Shown here piece by piece: positions 46,320 through 59,700 of a stretch of 64,000 nucleotides of DNA. Both the position numbers and the translations under genes were made by a program. The notes beneath the pieces were generated by a model. It was given only the letters and a program-made list of their open reading frames with translations, did not search any database and was not told the origin of the DNA. The stretch is from Mantamonas sphyraenae STR306 (Eukaryota; Protista; CRuMs), in assembly GCA_026936335.1 (NCBI GenBank), contig JAPMXV010000052.1, forward strand, positions 1 to 64,000. Reading direction: 5' to 3'. The number at the start of each line of letters is the position of its first letter. Position 1 is the first letter of the stretch.

Positions 46320-49300
46320 ATGAACCCAAAGACCTTGTGCTACCTTTTCGTGGCCATCCTTGTTGCTTCGTCGCATGCTGCGACGACGCTGCAGGACGGC
46401 GACACGGTGCAGGGCTTGGTTGGCTACCGCCAGATGGACGTGTACACGTTCACCCTGACTCCCAACCACGCCTCTGTCAAGTTCACCGTCACGCCTGTTT
46501 CCGGCGATCCCGACCTGTACCTGAAGAAAGGCACCACCGACGTGACCATCACCAACAAGGATCTCGTCTCCCGTGTCTTTGGCGGCGACCGCATCATCCT
46601 CCGCCGCGGCGACGCCCTCTTCCAAGACGGCGCAACCTACTCCATTGGAGTGTACGGGTACGTGTCTCCACACATGTCCATGTCCTCATGCCCTGCCATC
46701 TTCCCAGCCGCTTCCCTACCATCCGCGTCCATGGCTTCTGCTTCTGCAGCGTCAAACAACCGCGGACGGAATCGGGCCTGCCCTGCCCACCTCCCCATTT
46801 CTATCGCTTCGGCCGCCCCGTCTGCGCACACCGTCCACCGCACTTGGACTGACTCGTGTCTTCCCGCACGCGCCGCGTTGACCCGCTCCCCTCCTGGCCA
46901 TGTCTGTGTGCGCCTCTGCCTTTGCTCGTCTCCAGGTACACGCAAGCCAACTACACCCTTTCGGCGGCAACCTCGCTCGGTGAGTTTCCATTGCACCCGC
47001 CCCGCCTCCCGCATCCCCTCCACTGCCTCCACACACATCTCTCCAAAGTCCCGGGTCCCTCGGCCACCGGGCAACTCAAAGCTGCACTCTGCCCCTCTGC
47101 CCGCTTCCCCGCACTCCTTGTTTGTCCCGTTTCCCATCGGCCCCTGCGCGCGAAATGGCGTCACCTTCAGAGGGGAAACCCTTGCGTCGTCCCGTCTGCC
47201 CGTCCCTGCCTCCCTCCGTCTGCACTTTTCGCATACCGTGGTCCATGACCTCACCCGTTGCTCCACACCCGTCCACTCACACCCCATCTCCCTCCCCCTC
47301 CCCCCTTCCCTGCTCCGGAACACAGCCATCACCACGCTGTATGTTGGCGTCCCGGCACGCGGCGAAATCGACCTCCAGGGTGACTACCAGTACTTTAAGG
47401 TCACGCCCACACATTGGGCGAACCTCAACTTCACTGTGACCATCACCGAATTCACCGGCTCCGTCGACGTGTACGGCTCCACAACAAACACTCGCCCCAA
47501 CGCAACCGACTTCCATCCCGGCTGGGTTGCCACCGACGAGTCCGAGTTCACCATCCCCACAGATGCCTTTTGCCACAACAGCAACACCGCTTGCACCCTC
47601 TACATCGGTGTCCGTGCAACTCAGCCTTCCGCTACGTTTTCCGTCCTCGTCAACTCCCAGCACGGCGTCAGCACCCTCATTGACGGCGAACCTCAGGCCG
47701 GATACGTCGAGTACGGCAAGTACGCACAGTACAGCATCCACCTCGGCTCCTCCCACGAAGACCTCTCCTTTGTTCTCAGCCCGCGCTGGGGCATCGGCTA
47801 CCTTTACCTCGGCACAGAGTCCCCCGTCACTGCACAGAATGCCCTTGCCAAGGCCGAGAGCTACGGCGCACAGCGTCTCACTCTCAGGCACACCCAGAGC
47901 CCCTTCTGCACAGACTGCACCCTCTACCTCGCCGTCTACGGCCGCACCCACACCCACTACTCCCTCACCGCACGCACCACAAACGCAACCGTCTTTCTCC
48001 AGGCCGGCCAGGCCTTCCGCGAGACCCTCGACCGCATCGGTGAGACCGAGTACTTCATGGTGTACATTGGTCGCAACGACGTAAACGTCACCATCTCCGC
48101 AACCGTCTACAGTGGACAGGTCGACATTTACGTCACCACCTCGCGCTACCCGCTGCCTGTTTCCACGCATCCCAACGAACAGACTGCTGTCTGGTCTCGC
48201 GTCGGCAACACAAACGGCTACAACAGCAGCCTTACCATCGGCAACAGCGACCCGCACTTTTGCTCCTACTGCTACTACTACATCGGTGTCCGTGCCGTCC
48301 AGGCAACAGACATGTCCCTCCTCGTCTCCTACGACTTGCTGCCCACCGTCCTCGTCGACGGTTCCCCGCAGAACGACATCGTCCAGTACCACGACGCAAA
48401 GTACTACACCTTTACGCCCCAGAGCGCAGACGAGGACGTGACCCTCACCGTCACCCGCCGCTTCGGTGACCCCGACATGTACATCGACACCGTGCCCTAC
48501 CCGACCCGAGCACGCCACAAGTGGCACGCCTCCAGTTTCGGCTCCGACTCCAAGTTCATCCCGCACACTGACCCGCTCTACCAGGGCCAGACTCTCTGGA
48601 TCATGGTCTACGGATACAGCCATGCACACTACAGCATCCTGGCTCATTCCGCAAGCTCCATTTCCCAGATCACCCTCGGTTCGCCTCAGAACGGCCAGAT
48701 CGACACCGTCGGCCAGTACGCCTACTACAAGGTGTATGTCAACCACGGAAACATCAACCTTACCGTAACCGTCACCACCTTTTCCGGCGACGTCGACCTC
48801 TATGTTTCCCACAACGACACGCGCCCCAACGCAAACTCGAACCCAAGCCTCGTCTGGAGCAGCACCGGATCCGTCAACGACTCCATTTCCGTGCCCGTCG
48901 ATGACATCAACCGCGTCCAGCCGGCCTACTACTACATCGGTGTCCGCGCCGTCCAGCCCTGCTCCTACAGCATCCTGGCCGCTTCGTCTGCCGTCCCCGT
49001 GCGCCTCAACGAGGGTGAACCCCAAGCTGGCTCTGTCCACTACCACGAGTACACCTACTACGTGTTTGAGCTCACCGGCAAGCACTACGACACAACCATC
49101 ACCGTCACGCCCCGCTCCGGTGATCCCGATCTCTACGTCAGCACTCACCCGGACATGTTGCCCACCAAGGAGCGACACAGCTTCCATGCAACCCGCTTTG
49201 GCAAGGACTCCCTTCTCATCCGAGGCTCCTACCTCAGCTGCCCAGACTCTGGACCCTGCTCCATCATCATTGGTGTCTACGGCTACACCCAGTCCCAGTT

Positions 49301-52300
49301 CACCGTCACCGCAGCCACCCAGCACTCCGTCATCTACCTCCGCGCCGGCACACCCACCTACGACCAGATCGACACCGTCAACGACTACGCATACTTCATG
49401 GCTCTCCAGCCCGAACGCAACGCAAACGTCTCTGTCGTGCTCACCACAACCTCGGGTGCCGTCCGCGCCTTTGTCGGCGTCGGCTCGACCATGCAGCGTC
49501 CTTCCGCTCAGTCGTACAACTGGACCTCTGACGCTTCAGGCGAGGTGGCCATCCCCGCAGGTGACCCCAAGCAGTGCACAGCCCCGTGCTACTACTACAT
49601 TGCCGTCCAGGGCGTCACTCCCGCCACGTTTTCCATCCTCTACACCTACCAGGGCGTCCCTGTGCCCCTTGTCGACGGCGAACCCCAGAACCTCATCGTC
49701 AACAAGGGCGCCTGGAAGTACTACTCCTTCGACATCGTGCCAGGGTACAAGGACCTCCAGATCACCGTCGTGCCCAAGTGGGGCGACCCCGATCTCTACG
49801 TCGCCATTGCCCCGCAGCTGCCCACTCTCACGAACCACATCAAGTACTCTCGAGGCTACTCCCGTGACACAGTCCAGTTCCTTCACAACGAGCTCACCGC
49901 AAACTCGTACATCATCGGTGTCTACGGCTACTCCCACTCGCATGCCGTCATCACCGCAGCCACCGACGGCGTCACCGTCAACCTGCAGATCGGCACCCCG
50001 TACTCGGGCTACATCGACACTGCCGGCGGCTACGAAGTACTTCCGCATCTACAACAATGAGGCCGACACAAACATCACTTTCTCGGTGACCGTGCAGTCT
50101 GGCGACGTCGACATGTACGTCGCAAAGGACTACGAGCAGCCCAACGCCACTCACCATCAGTGGCCCAACGCTGCTCACCCGGGCAACAACAAGTACTCGT
50201 TCAGCATCACCAACACGGACGACGGATACTGCCGCTTCTGCTCCTACTACATCGGCATTCGCGGCGCGCAGCCCTCTCGTTTCACCCTCCTGGTGTCACA
50301 GAGCAACGTGCCCTCCATCCTCGTCAACGGCAAGCAGAGTTACGGCTCAGTGCGTGCAGAAGCCTACCACTACTACACCGTCTCCTTCGGCAACGCTGCC
50401 GTGCAGCAGATTTCCATCAGCCTGCAGCCCTTTTACGGCAAGTCCGACGTCTATGTCAACACGGCCGCAAAGGGCTTGCCCTCGGTCACCAGCAGCCAGT
50501 GGAACAGCAGCCGTGCATACGGTACCGACAACGTGCGCATCAACACCGCAAAGGCTGACGACAAGGCAAAGTGGTGCCCGCCCACCGAGGACTTCTGCAA
50601 GCTCTTTGTTGCCGTGTACGGTGAGACAAACTCGTTCTACCGCATCAGCAGCACCACCGAGCATGCACCCATCCAGCTTACGAGTGGATCGGCCACACGC
50701 GACTCGGTCCCGGAAGACGCCTACGCGTACTTCCAGCTCCAGGTCAACGGCCGCCCCGATGCAAACATCACCATCGATGTGACCACCCTCAGTGGACGCA
50801 CATCCATCGTGGCTTCCACCACAAGGAGCTCCCCGACCATGGACGACGACCAGAACTCATGGAAGGCCTCCAGCCACATGGTTATCAAGCCCACCGACAA
50901 GGACTTTGTCGGCACCGGCTCGTACTACATCGGCGTCTACGGCTACAGCTACTCGGAGTTTTCCATTGTCGCCACCCTGGACGACCAAGAGGTCACCATC
51001 TTTTCCGGTGTGCCCCAGCAGGGCTCCGTCGAGCCTGGCCTGTACCGCTACTACAAGTTCACCGTCGACCACGGCCAGGACATGTCCATTTCCATTACCC
51101 CATCGGTGGGTACCACCGACATGTACATCGCCACCGCGGAGTACACCACGCGTCCCACCAAGGATAAGTTCCAGTGGTACAGCACTCACTCCCAGTTTGC
51201 CGTCGGCGAGAGCAAGATTATCGAGGCCCACGACCCGCAGTACTGCCAGGACAGCTCCAAGCCCTGTGAGTTCCATGTTGCCGTCCTGGGCGTCTCCGAA
51301 TCCACGTTTAGCATCCAGGGCTCGTCCGCAGGCTCCATGTCTGTGCTTGCCGAGGGCAAAAAGGTGGCCGGCAGCGTCAAGAAGGGCGAGTACGCACGCT
51401 ACGAGTTCTTTGGCAACAACACCGCTCCGTCCAAGGTGTCCATTTTTGCCCTCCCGTGTGTGGGCGACGTCGAGGTGTTTGTCTCCAAGACCGTGTTGGA
51501 GCCGACCAAGGAACAGCATGACACCGTGGCTGGTGACCCGTACCGCAAGAGCTTCACCGACCAGGGCAAGGTGTACTACGTGGGCGTCTATGGCAAGGAG
51601 AACTCGCAGTTCCAGATCCGCGGCTCGCTGGACACCGCCGAGCTTATCCCAGGTGACAATGGCGACCTGGTGCTCAGTGGCGTCACCACCGACCAGGCCA
51701 CCGTGCTTTTCACTCGTCTGGACCCGAGCCAGGACGACGGTACACGCCCCGTGCTGTACGAAGTGTACGTACAGGAGCTGTCGTCGGCCAGCCTTCGCTT
51801 CGATACGCCGTGTGCGCTGAACCGCAACGGCCGCAAGTCGGGCTCGATCGACCCCGTGGCCCAAAAGATCAGCGGACGCCAGTTGGTGCACACTGTGACG
51901 TCGCTTAAGAAGAACACACGCTACCGTGTCAATGTCGTGGCCATCCTGGACGGCCAGCAGGATCGCGCGTACTCGTACAGCGAGTTCCAGACCCTGATCA
52001 CCAACAACCCCAACACCATCGCCGGCCTGACTCCCGAGGAGCTGTTGGGCATCCTGCTCGGCTGCTTTGGCTTCATCCTCATCGTGGCCGTCGGCTACTA
52101 CTACTACCGCCGCCGCAACGGCGCTCGCCCGTCCCTGTCTCTGGCCCCCATGCACGAGGAAGCCAGCGACCTGCTGTTCCACGCATATGCCCCTGAGGAC
52201 GAGGAGCAAGAGGATGGCGACGAAGGTGGCGCCTCCTCGGGTGTGCAGCAGGGCAACAAGCCCCGCGGCATGTTCCGCAACAAGGACCAGCGCTACAGCA

Positions 52301-52377
52301 AGCTGGACGAGGATGTGGACGACGAATTGGACGACGACGAAGATTTGGAAGATTATGCACCGCCTGTGGCAGTGTAA
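46320..52377 (+). CDS. Large type I membrane surface protein (~1810 aa): signal peptide, ~14 PPC-like beta-sandwich repeats, FN3-like domain, TM and acidic tail
   Basis: Exons 46320-46657, 46936-46979 and 47326-52377, with one extra base at ~50035 joining ORFs 46149-50060 and 48802-52377. Recurrent GDPDLY/GDVDLY and YYIGV motifs; TM LLGILLGCFGFILIVAVGYYYY followed by RRR. Confidence 0.85.
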
Positions 52378-52400
52378 TGAGGAGGAGGAGGGAGAGAGGT

Positions 52401-52430
52401 TGTCTGTGTGTGTGTCTGTGTGTGTGTGTG
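52401..52430. repeat. (TG)n microsatellite, intergenic
   Basis: Interrupted TG run. A similar (CA)n run lies at 10909-10927. Confidence 0.85.
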
Positions 52431-52482
52431 AGCGAGGAAGCGCCGCACCACACAACGAAAAAGAAACAACACCGAATCTACG

Positions 52483-53691
52483 ATGAAGAGCTTTGTGTTT
52501 GTTTTGCTGATTGTGGGCGCAAGCCTGATTGATGCGTCGCAGCACTTGTACGGCGGTGAGCAGCCTGTGCTGGACGACGACCTGATTGCTCGCGTGAACC
52601 ACGACCCGACGGTGCACTGGCTGGCCCACCGCTCGCCCCGCTTCGAGGGCATGAGCGTGGCCGATGCCAAGCGCATGCTGGGTGTGAACCTGGATGAGCA
52701 CCAGCTGGCGTGCTCCAAGCTGCAGAAGGGCGAGCCCATCCAGGACGCTCCCTCTCATTTCTCTGTGGACGACAAGTGGCCCGGATGCGTGACCCGCATC
52801 CTCAACCAGGAGCAGTGGTATGTTGGCAGAGGTGGATGCGGTGTGAGGGAAGGTAGCTCAGGCGTCGTGGGCGTTGTGGACGGCTGTGGCGGCGTGGCAA
52901 AGGCGCCAACCGTCAACGGAGCCAAAAAAATCCACGCTGCGATTTCCGGCTACCGGACGTCTGCGGCGCTCGCGGAGCGTGGAGAGCTGGACAGTGTGTG
53001 TTGATGGTGATAAGGGCGAGTAGACGGATGCAGGCACAATGCTGACACGATTTGGACATGTGTGTGTGTGCACGACAGTGGTTCGTGCTGGGCGTTTGGC
53101 GCAGCCGAGTCGATGAGCGACCGCTTCTGCACGTACAGCAACGGCACGGTCAAGGTTGAGCTGTCTCCCCAGGATCTGGTGAGCTGCGACATCGAGGGTA
53201 ACTTTGGCTGCCACGGTGGCATCCCGGGTCTGGCCATGGACTACATTGAGCTGAAGGGCATCCGCACTCTGGAGTGCCTGCCGTACACCAGCGGCAAGGG
53301 CGACAGCGGATCGTGCCCGCACTCGTGCACCAACTCGTCGGCCTCGGACAAGCGCTACAAGGCCAAGTTCCTGTCTGCCAAGCATCTGGAGAGCGAGGCC
53401 GCGATCCAGAAGGCTCTGATGGAGGGTGGCTCCGTGGAGGGCACCATGACTGTGTACCAGGACTTTATGTCCTACAAGAGCGGTGTGTACAAGCACACCA
53501 CGGGTTCGTTCCTGGGTGGCCATGCCATCCGCATCACCGGCTGGGGCACCACCAGCGCTGGCGAGAAGTACTGGATCATTGCCAACTCGTGGGGCACGTC
53601 CTGGGGCCAGAACGGTTACTTCTGGATTGTGCGCGGCGAGAACAACTGCGGCATCGACCACGGAGCCGTGTGCGCCGAGCCCGCTCTGTGA
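52483..53691 (+). CDS. CTSB: Cathepsin B-like papain-family cysteine protease precursor
   Basis: Exons 52483-52817 and 53079-53691; intron 52818-53078 splits NQEQC|GSCWAF. Signal peptide, ESMSDRFC, LSPQDLVSC, GGHAIRITGWG and ANSWG. Confidence 0.95.
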
Positions 53692-53736
53692 TTTCAACAA
53701 AGCTGATTTCAATTCTTCCCTCTCCCAAAACACACC

Positions 53737-56700
53737 TTACGTCGTCTGCGGCGCCTCGTCTGCATCCATCGAGTCTGCGTCGGTGTTGATGGCAAAACGA
53801 AGGCGCTCCTTCATCATTTCGGCCGAGGTGTAGGCAGGCAACTCCAGGTTGAAGAAACAGGTGTCGGCGCGCGGCAACGCATTGTTCACGTCTGTGAATT
53901 TGCTGGGCTTGATCAACAAACGAGTGACAGTGCGTTCAAACTCCTGGTCGTCTGCAGGCAAGCGCTCCTGCGCCCAGGCGAAACGCAGGAAACGTTTGCG
54001 CTCCTCCTGGCTAAACTCCTCCAGCGCCTGCCAGAAGTATTGGATGTGTGTGCTCTTCTCCGTCACGTTGCCTGCATACTCGGTGTGCCTGCGCAGCAGC
54101 TCAATGTCCACTTCCGAGCGTCCACACACCAGAAACTCCAGATCCTGCCACGTGAAGCAGTGCAGCGGTTCCAGCGGCACAATGCGTGCCACGCCGCGAC
54201 GCACCGCATCCACCTGTGCCACGCACTCGTTTACCATCGCCTCCTTGGCCAGCCGTGCGTACTCCATGCGCTCGTCAAACGTCACCTGCATCTGTGCTCC
54301 GCCTGGCTTCAGCTCCTGCACCGTTCCGTCGCACAGACGCACGCTGAAGGTCTCTTCAAAGTGGTCCTCGAACAGTTCCCTGTCGGTGGTGTCCACAAAC
54401 TTGAGCGCGTCCCAGAAGCCTTTGTTCACCTTTTCCACGTCGGTCAAATCCACGGGCAGTCCCAGCAAGTGCTTCCAAAAGATGGGTGCCAGGTCCATCG
54501 GCAGCACCGCAAACGTACGCATGGCCACGCCCATCAGCACACCCAGCGTTTCGTACCTCTGCAACCGCTCGCGCGACTTGTCCCCTGGAACGGGCAGGCT
54601 GCGGTCGCGGTTGTCCCCTGTGTGTGCCTGTGCATTGGCACACGGCGTCAGCAGCGCCCCGATGCCCTCTGTGTCGTTCAATTCGCGCGACAGGTCGCCG
54701 TAGAATTGACGATACGGACCACTCTCACCCACCACGTTCTCGCCCACAAACACGATCTCCATGCCCACAAACGGCTCGGAACCAGCCGGTTTCTTGGGTC
54801 GCAAGAACGACGGACACACGTCCTTGAGGTCGCGATAACAGGTTTCAAACACGCTGGGCGGCCGTGTATCCAGCACCGGCAGCCCCACTGCACGGCGCTC
54901 CGCCTGCTCGCGAATGTTCAAGCGGTCGATGCTCACCGTCGGGTGTTTCTCGCTCGCCTGGCGCGAGGTCTTGTACAAAATGGAATGGAAGGTGTCCACC
55001 TTGGTCTTGGTGAGAATCAGTTGCCTGCAGCGAGCCAGCATGGACGCCACGCTCACGCGCCCTCCCTGGGTGCGTGTGTCGTGACGGAAATCCATCATCA
55101 GCATTGTCTCGCTCAACTGCTGGTTCAGACGCACCAACAGCTGTGCACGCAGACAAATGTCTGCCGTCGACTTGCTCTGCAGCTGCGGGTATTGCATGCT
55201 GCGCGAGTCGTCCAACACAAGATGCCTCGTGCTGATCAGAGACGCAGAGCCCATCCCTTGCTCCGCCATCACCTGGTTCATCAGACGCGCCAGTTGCTTG
55301 TCCATGTCCAACGACCACTGACCCAGCGACGCGTGCGCCTCGCTCACCCTGTCAAACACTACCCGCTCCAGATTGTAGTCAAAGCCATTCTCCAGCAGCC
55401 AGTCCCACACCTGCTTCGGCGCATCCCTGGCCTGTTTCTTCATCCACTCTGCAAAGCCCGACAGCGTAAGCCCGTATTGTGCCGCGTGCTTCTTGTCCAC
55501 CACATGGACGCCTGCCTCGTTGTCGTCGCCTTCGTCCATGTCCAGACGCCGTGTCTCGTAGCGGTTGAGCACACTGACAACTTGCATGGCACCCAACGCC
55601 TTGCCCGTCAGCTCTTGGCGCAGATGGCTCACGGCCTCGCCGCTGATCAGTCCATCTGTCGTGCTTCCGCCGCTGCACTTCTTGAACGCATATCGGATTG
55701 CACGCGCATACCCTGCCGTAATCTCCAAATCCTTGGCCTTGGTGTTGCTCACACGCGCGCTGCCGCTGCCACTGCCGCTACCGCTGCTGCTGCTTCCGGC
55801 GCTCTCCTCCTCCTTGGCTTTGCCCTTGCCGCTGACGCTCGCGCTCACAGGCACCTGCAGCAGCTTGTCGCCCAGCCAGTCCAGGATCTCCTTTGTGGGT
55901 TTGCCCAGCGACGAAAGCGCCTCAAATTTGATCGGCACAAAGGCAACCTCCCACTGTGCCTGCATCTCGCCCTGCGCCACTGCCATGGAGGGATTAAGGA
56001 CCTCCACAAAAAGCAGGCCCTTGGTGTCTCCGTCCTGGTTCAGCGGCATTTCCATCGTGCCGTTTGCAATCTGGATCCCCGAGTCGCGGCACACGTTGCG
56101 AATTCCATCCATCAGTGTTTCAGGCGACTTCCACTCCTGCAATTTGACCTCCAGCTGCTGCAGGTGCTCGTTCTTGCTCGCCTGGCGCTTTTCCAGATCC
56201 TGGATGATCTTCTTGCGGTTTGCCCTTTGCTGCTTCGACAGGTTGCCTCCACCTTTACCCTGCTTGCGTGCGGTCTCAATCTCCTCTGACAACTGTGCGA
56301 TGTAGTTGCGTGTGTTTTCTGCGTCTCTCCTCCAGTGGTTGGCCTTGTGCTCCGATGCAGTCACGGGCAGATTGCGCACAACCATTGTGCGTTGGCTCAC
56401 GTCTGCTCGCATGCTGCTCCACAGTTCCTGTGTCACCGAAGCATGCGGCGCGCGCTGGCTGCTCACGTTGTACGACGCCAACCTCTCCAGCAGGTCGATC
56501 ACATCATGGCTGGTGCGCATCCAAAAGGGCATGCCGTCGCCCGACGTCGAACTCGTGCCTTCGTTTTCGTCCTTGGCTTTGCCCTCGCTGCGCGTACGCT
56601 CCAGTGCACTCTCCTCCTGCTGCAGCGGGCGCGCGTTGAGTGCCAGGTTGGCGTGCAGCTCCAAAAGCTGCTGGAAGTACGACGAATACAGCTTCTCGAT

Positions 56701-59700
56701 GTGTTCCTGCTGGTGCAGAGCGAGCACCTCGCGTTCGCACTCGCTCTCCACTTTGGCCAGCACAGACTCGTCCAGTTGGCCCTGCACACCTTCGCTCTCA
56801 TGCTCGCCAGCCGCCCATCGGATCAGCGACGCAGCCTGGCGCACGCAGTCGTTCATCACCTGCACGAAAGCATCACGCAGCAACGCAGGAAGTTTGCCGT
56901 GCAGCCATGCGTGTGCAAACTCGGCCATGAGAGCATCCAACACGCGAAGCTGCGCGTTCACGCCGTCGACGTCCACCACCTTGGCCGTACCGGTGGTCAA
57001 CTGCATCAGAGCCTGCACACGGCGCTGCTGGGCAAGCAGAGCGCGTGCGAGCACGATCGAGAGCACGTAGTGTGCTGTCACGGGAGTAAACTGCACCTTG
57101 AGGACACCCGAGTCTGGGAATCCGTCGTATCGCATCCACACTGAATCTGCAGGCAGCAGCGCGGGGGCAAACTTGGTGCTGCCCTCCATGTTCTCCGTGT
57201 TGCCGAGGTAGTACCTCAGCAGCTGCTCACAGGTGCCGTTGCGGTACACTCCGAGCGCATTGCCGTTCGGCAGGAACACAGACCGGTCAAACACAAGCAG
57301 GGTTGCAAGCGACGCCACGCTGGATACCCACATGCCGTTGGACTTGGACGTGCTGCCTCCAAGCTGCGTGCCTTCCACAAGGTACTGCCACACGTCTGTG
57401 TGCGCCAGTGCACGATGCAACTGCAGCACACACTCATCCAGCACGAGCGCCTGGAGTTGTTCGTTGGCTCCGTCCTGTGCATCCACAGCCAGCAATTCGG
57501 TAAGGAGGCTCTGCATGACGCTGTCTCCGCTCATGTCCAGCATGCTGTCCACGTTTGCGTCTGCGTTGCTGCCGTGCAACTCGGCACACACGCGCATGAC
57601 CGTGACGGGCGCGAGCAGAGACGACGGCTTCTCCAAGCTGAGGGCTCCGTGGCTCGCCATGGCAAGCACACACTCGCGCGCATGCATGCCACAAAGCGTT
57701 TGCAGGTGCGTTTGCAACTCCTCCACGATCGCGCCGCTGTCCGTCAGCCACGTGTACGGGTTCACCAGCTCCGTCTCTTCAAGATCGTCCAGCTGGAACC
57801 ACCACTCGTGCACCTGTCCCCGCTCTGCGTCGTAGAACTGCAACAAAACAAGTTCAGATACGCGGTCGATGGCCTTGACCACGCCCCAGCGCCCAATCGT
57901 CTCCAACAACGGCCTCTTCCACGGGAGGTCGTCCACGCTCTCTCCGCCGCCCTCCTTGGGCTGCCGCTGCTTCAGAGCGTCGGGGAAGCCCGTCGGATAC
58001 TCTTCGATCTTCTTGTGGAACTTACCCACCGTGTTTTCCAAGCTACGCGACACCTCCAGCAACGCACCCAGCTCCACCTCGCCCAGCTTCATGGCCTCGG
58101 CGCCGAGTTCAAAGTTGCCCTCGGAGCTCATCTTCATGTACATGCGCACGTTTTCGGGCGGCGAGCCATTTGTAAGCGTCATGGCAATCTCCTGTGCCAT
58201 CTCCTCCCAGCCCTGTTCCAACGCAAAGTCCAGCTGTGCGAAAAAGTCCATCATCTCTTCGGCAGAAAACTCGTTCTTCAGCATCTCCTTCAGGCCAGGC
58301 ACGATCTTGGCCTGCCAGAAACTGTTCAGATCCGCTTGTCCGCCGCTCCTCTTTGGCTCCTCCGTTGTGGTGTCCTTTGCCGCGAGGCTCATCTCGAATG
58401 TGCTCGAGTTTTGCCACTTGCCGCTGGCCTCTGCGTCGTACTCGATGTCCACGCCTTCCGTGGCGCCGCTGTTGTTGCCCGTCTTGCCCTTGCCCTTGCC
58501 CGAGTCGTTTTCGCTGCTATCCTCGCTGTCCAGAGAGGCAAACTGTTTCTGCAAGCGGCGTGCAAACTTGGCGCCCATCTTGGCCCGCCGTGTGTCTCCC
58601 TTGCGCACGCTCTCCTCGCGGCTGAGGTTGCGGTAGCGCGGATGGGAGAACAGCGAGTGCAGCGAATTGCGGTGTTCCCACAGCCTGTGCATCAGAGTGT
58701 TTGTTCGCCGCTGGACCCAGCGCCAACCCTGACCAGCCACGGCCACCTTGGCAAAGTGGGCGAGGGCGTCGGTTGCATCCGTGTCGGACATGGCGAAGGA
58801 GGCGTTTGCTTCGTTCTGCAGCAACAGCGTCAAGCTCTGCAGACACTGGCGCTGCAGCGTCAGCACAGTCCACGCAGGAAGGCCCTTGTGCTGGTCTTGT
58901 GCATCACCCTCTGGGTCAATGTTCTGCGACAGGCACGTAACCATCGATGCAAGGATGCCGTGGTTCAGCGGGAAGCTCGACGGGTCAAATGTGTCGCACA
59001 CAACGGTGCACTCGTCGAGCGAGGCCAGGTTTGTGGTCATGTTGCCCAAATCCGAGTCGTAAAGCACACGAACGTGGTTTGCCCCAAAGCGTCGTTCCAC
59101 GACTGTTGCGAGGCTGCCGTCGCGCATTCGCACACGTGAGCCCACACGCAGATGTGTGCTGTGGCCGCCAAGCGACTGCAAGGCACCACTGGCTGCCCAC
59201 GCCTGCTCCACAGTGGCGTCGCGGTCGGTACACACACCTCCCAGCGTGAGAAGACTGTGCTCGAGCTCCGCACGCACGCAGCGCGACCAAAACGGCGTGG
59301 TTTGCGGTCCGTTCAGCAACGCGTGCACCAATTGGACCATTTGCACGGCCAAGTCGGCAGCGCCCTGCCCTGTGGGTGCGCAGCGCGGGTTGCGCATCAG
59401 CTGGTGCACATTGACATTCAGAGTCTTGCGCGACTTTTTCTTGCCGCCCGAGCTGCTGCCCGAGTTGTCTCCACCCTCTGCCTGCAGCTCGTCGTTGGTT
59501 TGAGGCTGCTGTGAGTAGCCATCTGTGGACAGCGTGCGCGCAAGCTGCCTCTTGTCCAGTTTCTTGGCGGTGTTTGCGGCCTGCGCAGGCGCAATCACAC
59601 AGGATACCTGCTTGGCCGCAAGCTTGTTGGCCGTGGCCACACAGGTGTCGTACGTGTCGTACTGCACCGCCAGGTTCTTCTTTGCCTTGAGGTCGCGCAC

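Noticed and set aside
52371-52485. TAATG stop/start overlap after the surface protein
   Set aside because: ATG 52377 is out of frame with cathepsin B (106 nt upstream) and reads through microsatellite, so it does not support coupling.
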